From Parasitella parasitica NRRL 2501 (lineage: Eukaryota > Fungi > Mucoromycota): a stretch of 64,000 bases of DNA. The stretch is from positions 12,107-76,106 of the forward strand of contig MU619376.1 of the NCBI GenBank assembly GCA_025201805.1, in the 5' to 3' direction. Below are positions 62,690 to 64,000 of the stretch, piece after piece. Position 1 is the stretch's first letter. Each line of letters starts with the position of its first letter. The notes beneath the pieces were generated by a model. That model ran no database searches, had not been told where the DNA came from, and saw only the letters and a program-made list of their open reading frames with translations. The position numbers and the translations under genes are program-made.

Positions 62690-63720
62690 GCTATACAACT
62701 GTCCCAGAATAATAATGAATGCTCAATCCAAGTTTGAAAATTTTCTTTGCTGATATGTTCTGATGCTTTGGTGATGTGCTTGCTGATTTTCGAATTTTTT
62801 TTTTCTAACTGATGCTGGATCCTTGTTTACTACACCTTTTAGCTTGGACCAAAACTCCTCTATAGGATTTAAAAAAGGAAGAAGGACTGGTAAATAGATT
62901 ATTTCGTATCCACGTTGTCGGATCCAATCTTTAACATACAGAGTTTTGTGAATAGTAGCATTATCAAGAACTAAATACTTGTATTTCAAACCAGCAATGT
63001 CAATTGCACTGAGCACTTGCTCTATAAATTCTAGAAAGTCATTATTTTTGGTTCCTTTTCTTTTTACAGATCATTTTTCTGATCTTTGACGTTTTGCTCC
63101 AACCGCGGGTAGTTGTTGTTCAAGGATGACCTCTTTTCTTAAAAGGCAATAACACCATCTTTGGTGATGGCGCTTAAAATAGTAATACTCGGACCTTTAG
63201 GTTCGACTTTGCTCACCATATAAACGATGCGTGTTTCGATTAAACCCTTTCGTCAATAAATACACATTGCCCCCCATAAAATCAATCCCTTCAATCTTCC
63301 AAGAAATCACTTCATCTTGTCGCTTAGTAATGGTGTCTGGGGTATTTCGTGGGTGAATACGCTTATAAGTAAGATGGCATTTTTTCTTCGTATAGGTTGC
63401 AATTGTTCGAGATGTTTAGCAAAGTCTGTCAGTTATATTTTGAATTGCCAAGATTGGCTTATTTTTCACCAATAAAAAAAAATAAAAACAGTACACACAA
63501 AAACGATTCAAATACTGTACATAGTATAGTTCTTAAACAAAGTTTATTTATTATTTATTTTTTTATATTCTTTCCATGTTGAAACACATTAGCAAGTGTT
63601 TTTGCGAGTAACGGATATAAGCTGCACAGCGTTTGGCGGTATCAGTTTTGGTAGCTTCTGCAACCCTGTCAGCAATCATTTCTTTCTTTTTAAGGGGTTC
63701 TTGACGAGCTTCTGACTTGA
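62690..63720 (-). mobile_element. Tc1/mariner (DDE_3) transposase pseudogene
   Basis: 'FIDE', 'ITILSAI', 'GTKNNDFL', 'LVLDNATIH', 'YLP..PFLNPIEEFWSKLK' across broken frames. Confidence 0.8.
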
Positions 63721-64000
63721 TTTTGATGAATACTCTTTTAAGTTCAAAAAGTTTCTTGAATTGCTTTCACAACATCCCAACTTGCTATAGGTTAATGATG
63801 CTTCATCACTGCCTTTCATAAAAACATTCTATGCTTAAATTATCAATAGTTAGTAAAGTTCAATGTAGTTATCTATAAGCTTGAACAAAAATGATATCAA
63901 AGCAAAACAGTCTCGATAAACACCTTGTTTGCAAAGCAAACAAGTCAACTCTTTTTTTCATTTAGTTGCGTCTTAGCCAAGGGTGGCGCTCAAGCCTACG

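Overview
Eukaryotic, intron-rich, AT-rich fungal DNA. The short (~50-60 nt) introns, the WKNNGNT-type WRKY protein and the gene and transposon repertoire point to Mucorales (Mucoromycota); this assignment is an inference. Housekeeping and cell-surface genes are interspersed with decayed transposons (Tc1/mariner DDE, LINE fragments). The genes include DUF155/RMD1-like, a ricin-lectin, an LRR protein, a C2 protein, tyrosine aminotransferase, chitin deacetylase, TRM6, CCT7, PPT2/AcpS, LIM-RhoGAP, WRKY, an amidohydrolase, IMP1, GST, a BCS1-like ATPase, PLP1, an MFS transporter and WBP1. The standout is a ~4.5 kb element at 31685-36210. It is bounded by 104-bp inverted repeats, each ending in a Helitron-type 3' terminus (GCGAAGC hairpin plus CTAG|T). 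On the minus strand it carries a decayed Helitron Rep gene, cut off by a LINE 3' fragment. On the plus strand it carries an intact, intronless ORF with the signature motifs of potyvirid/flexuous filamentous RNA-virus coat proteins, plus a third unknown ORF. It is therefore a candidate capsid-encoding, virus-like rolling-circle transposon. Gene boundaries are manual estimates; several N gaps and very long homopolymers are probably assembly artefacts.
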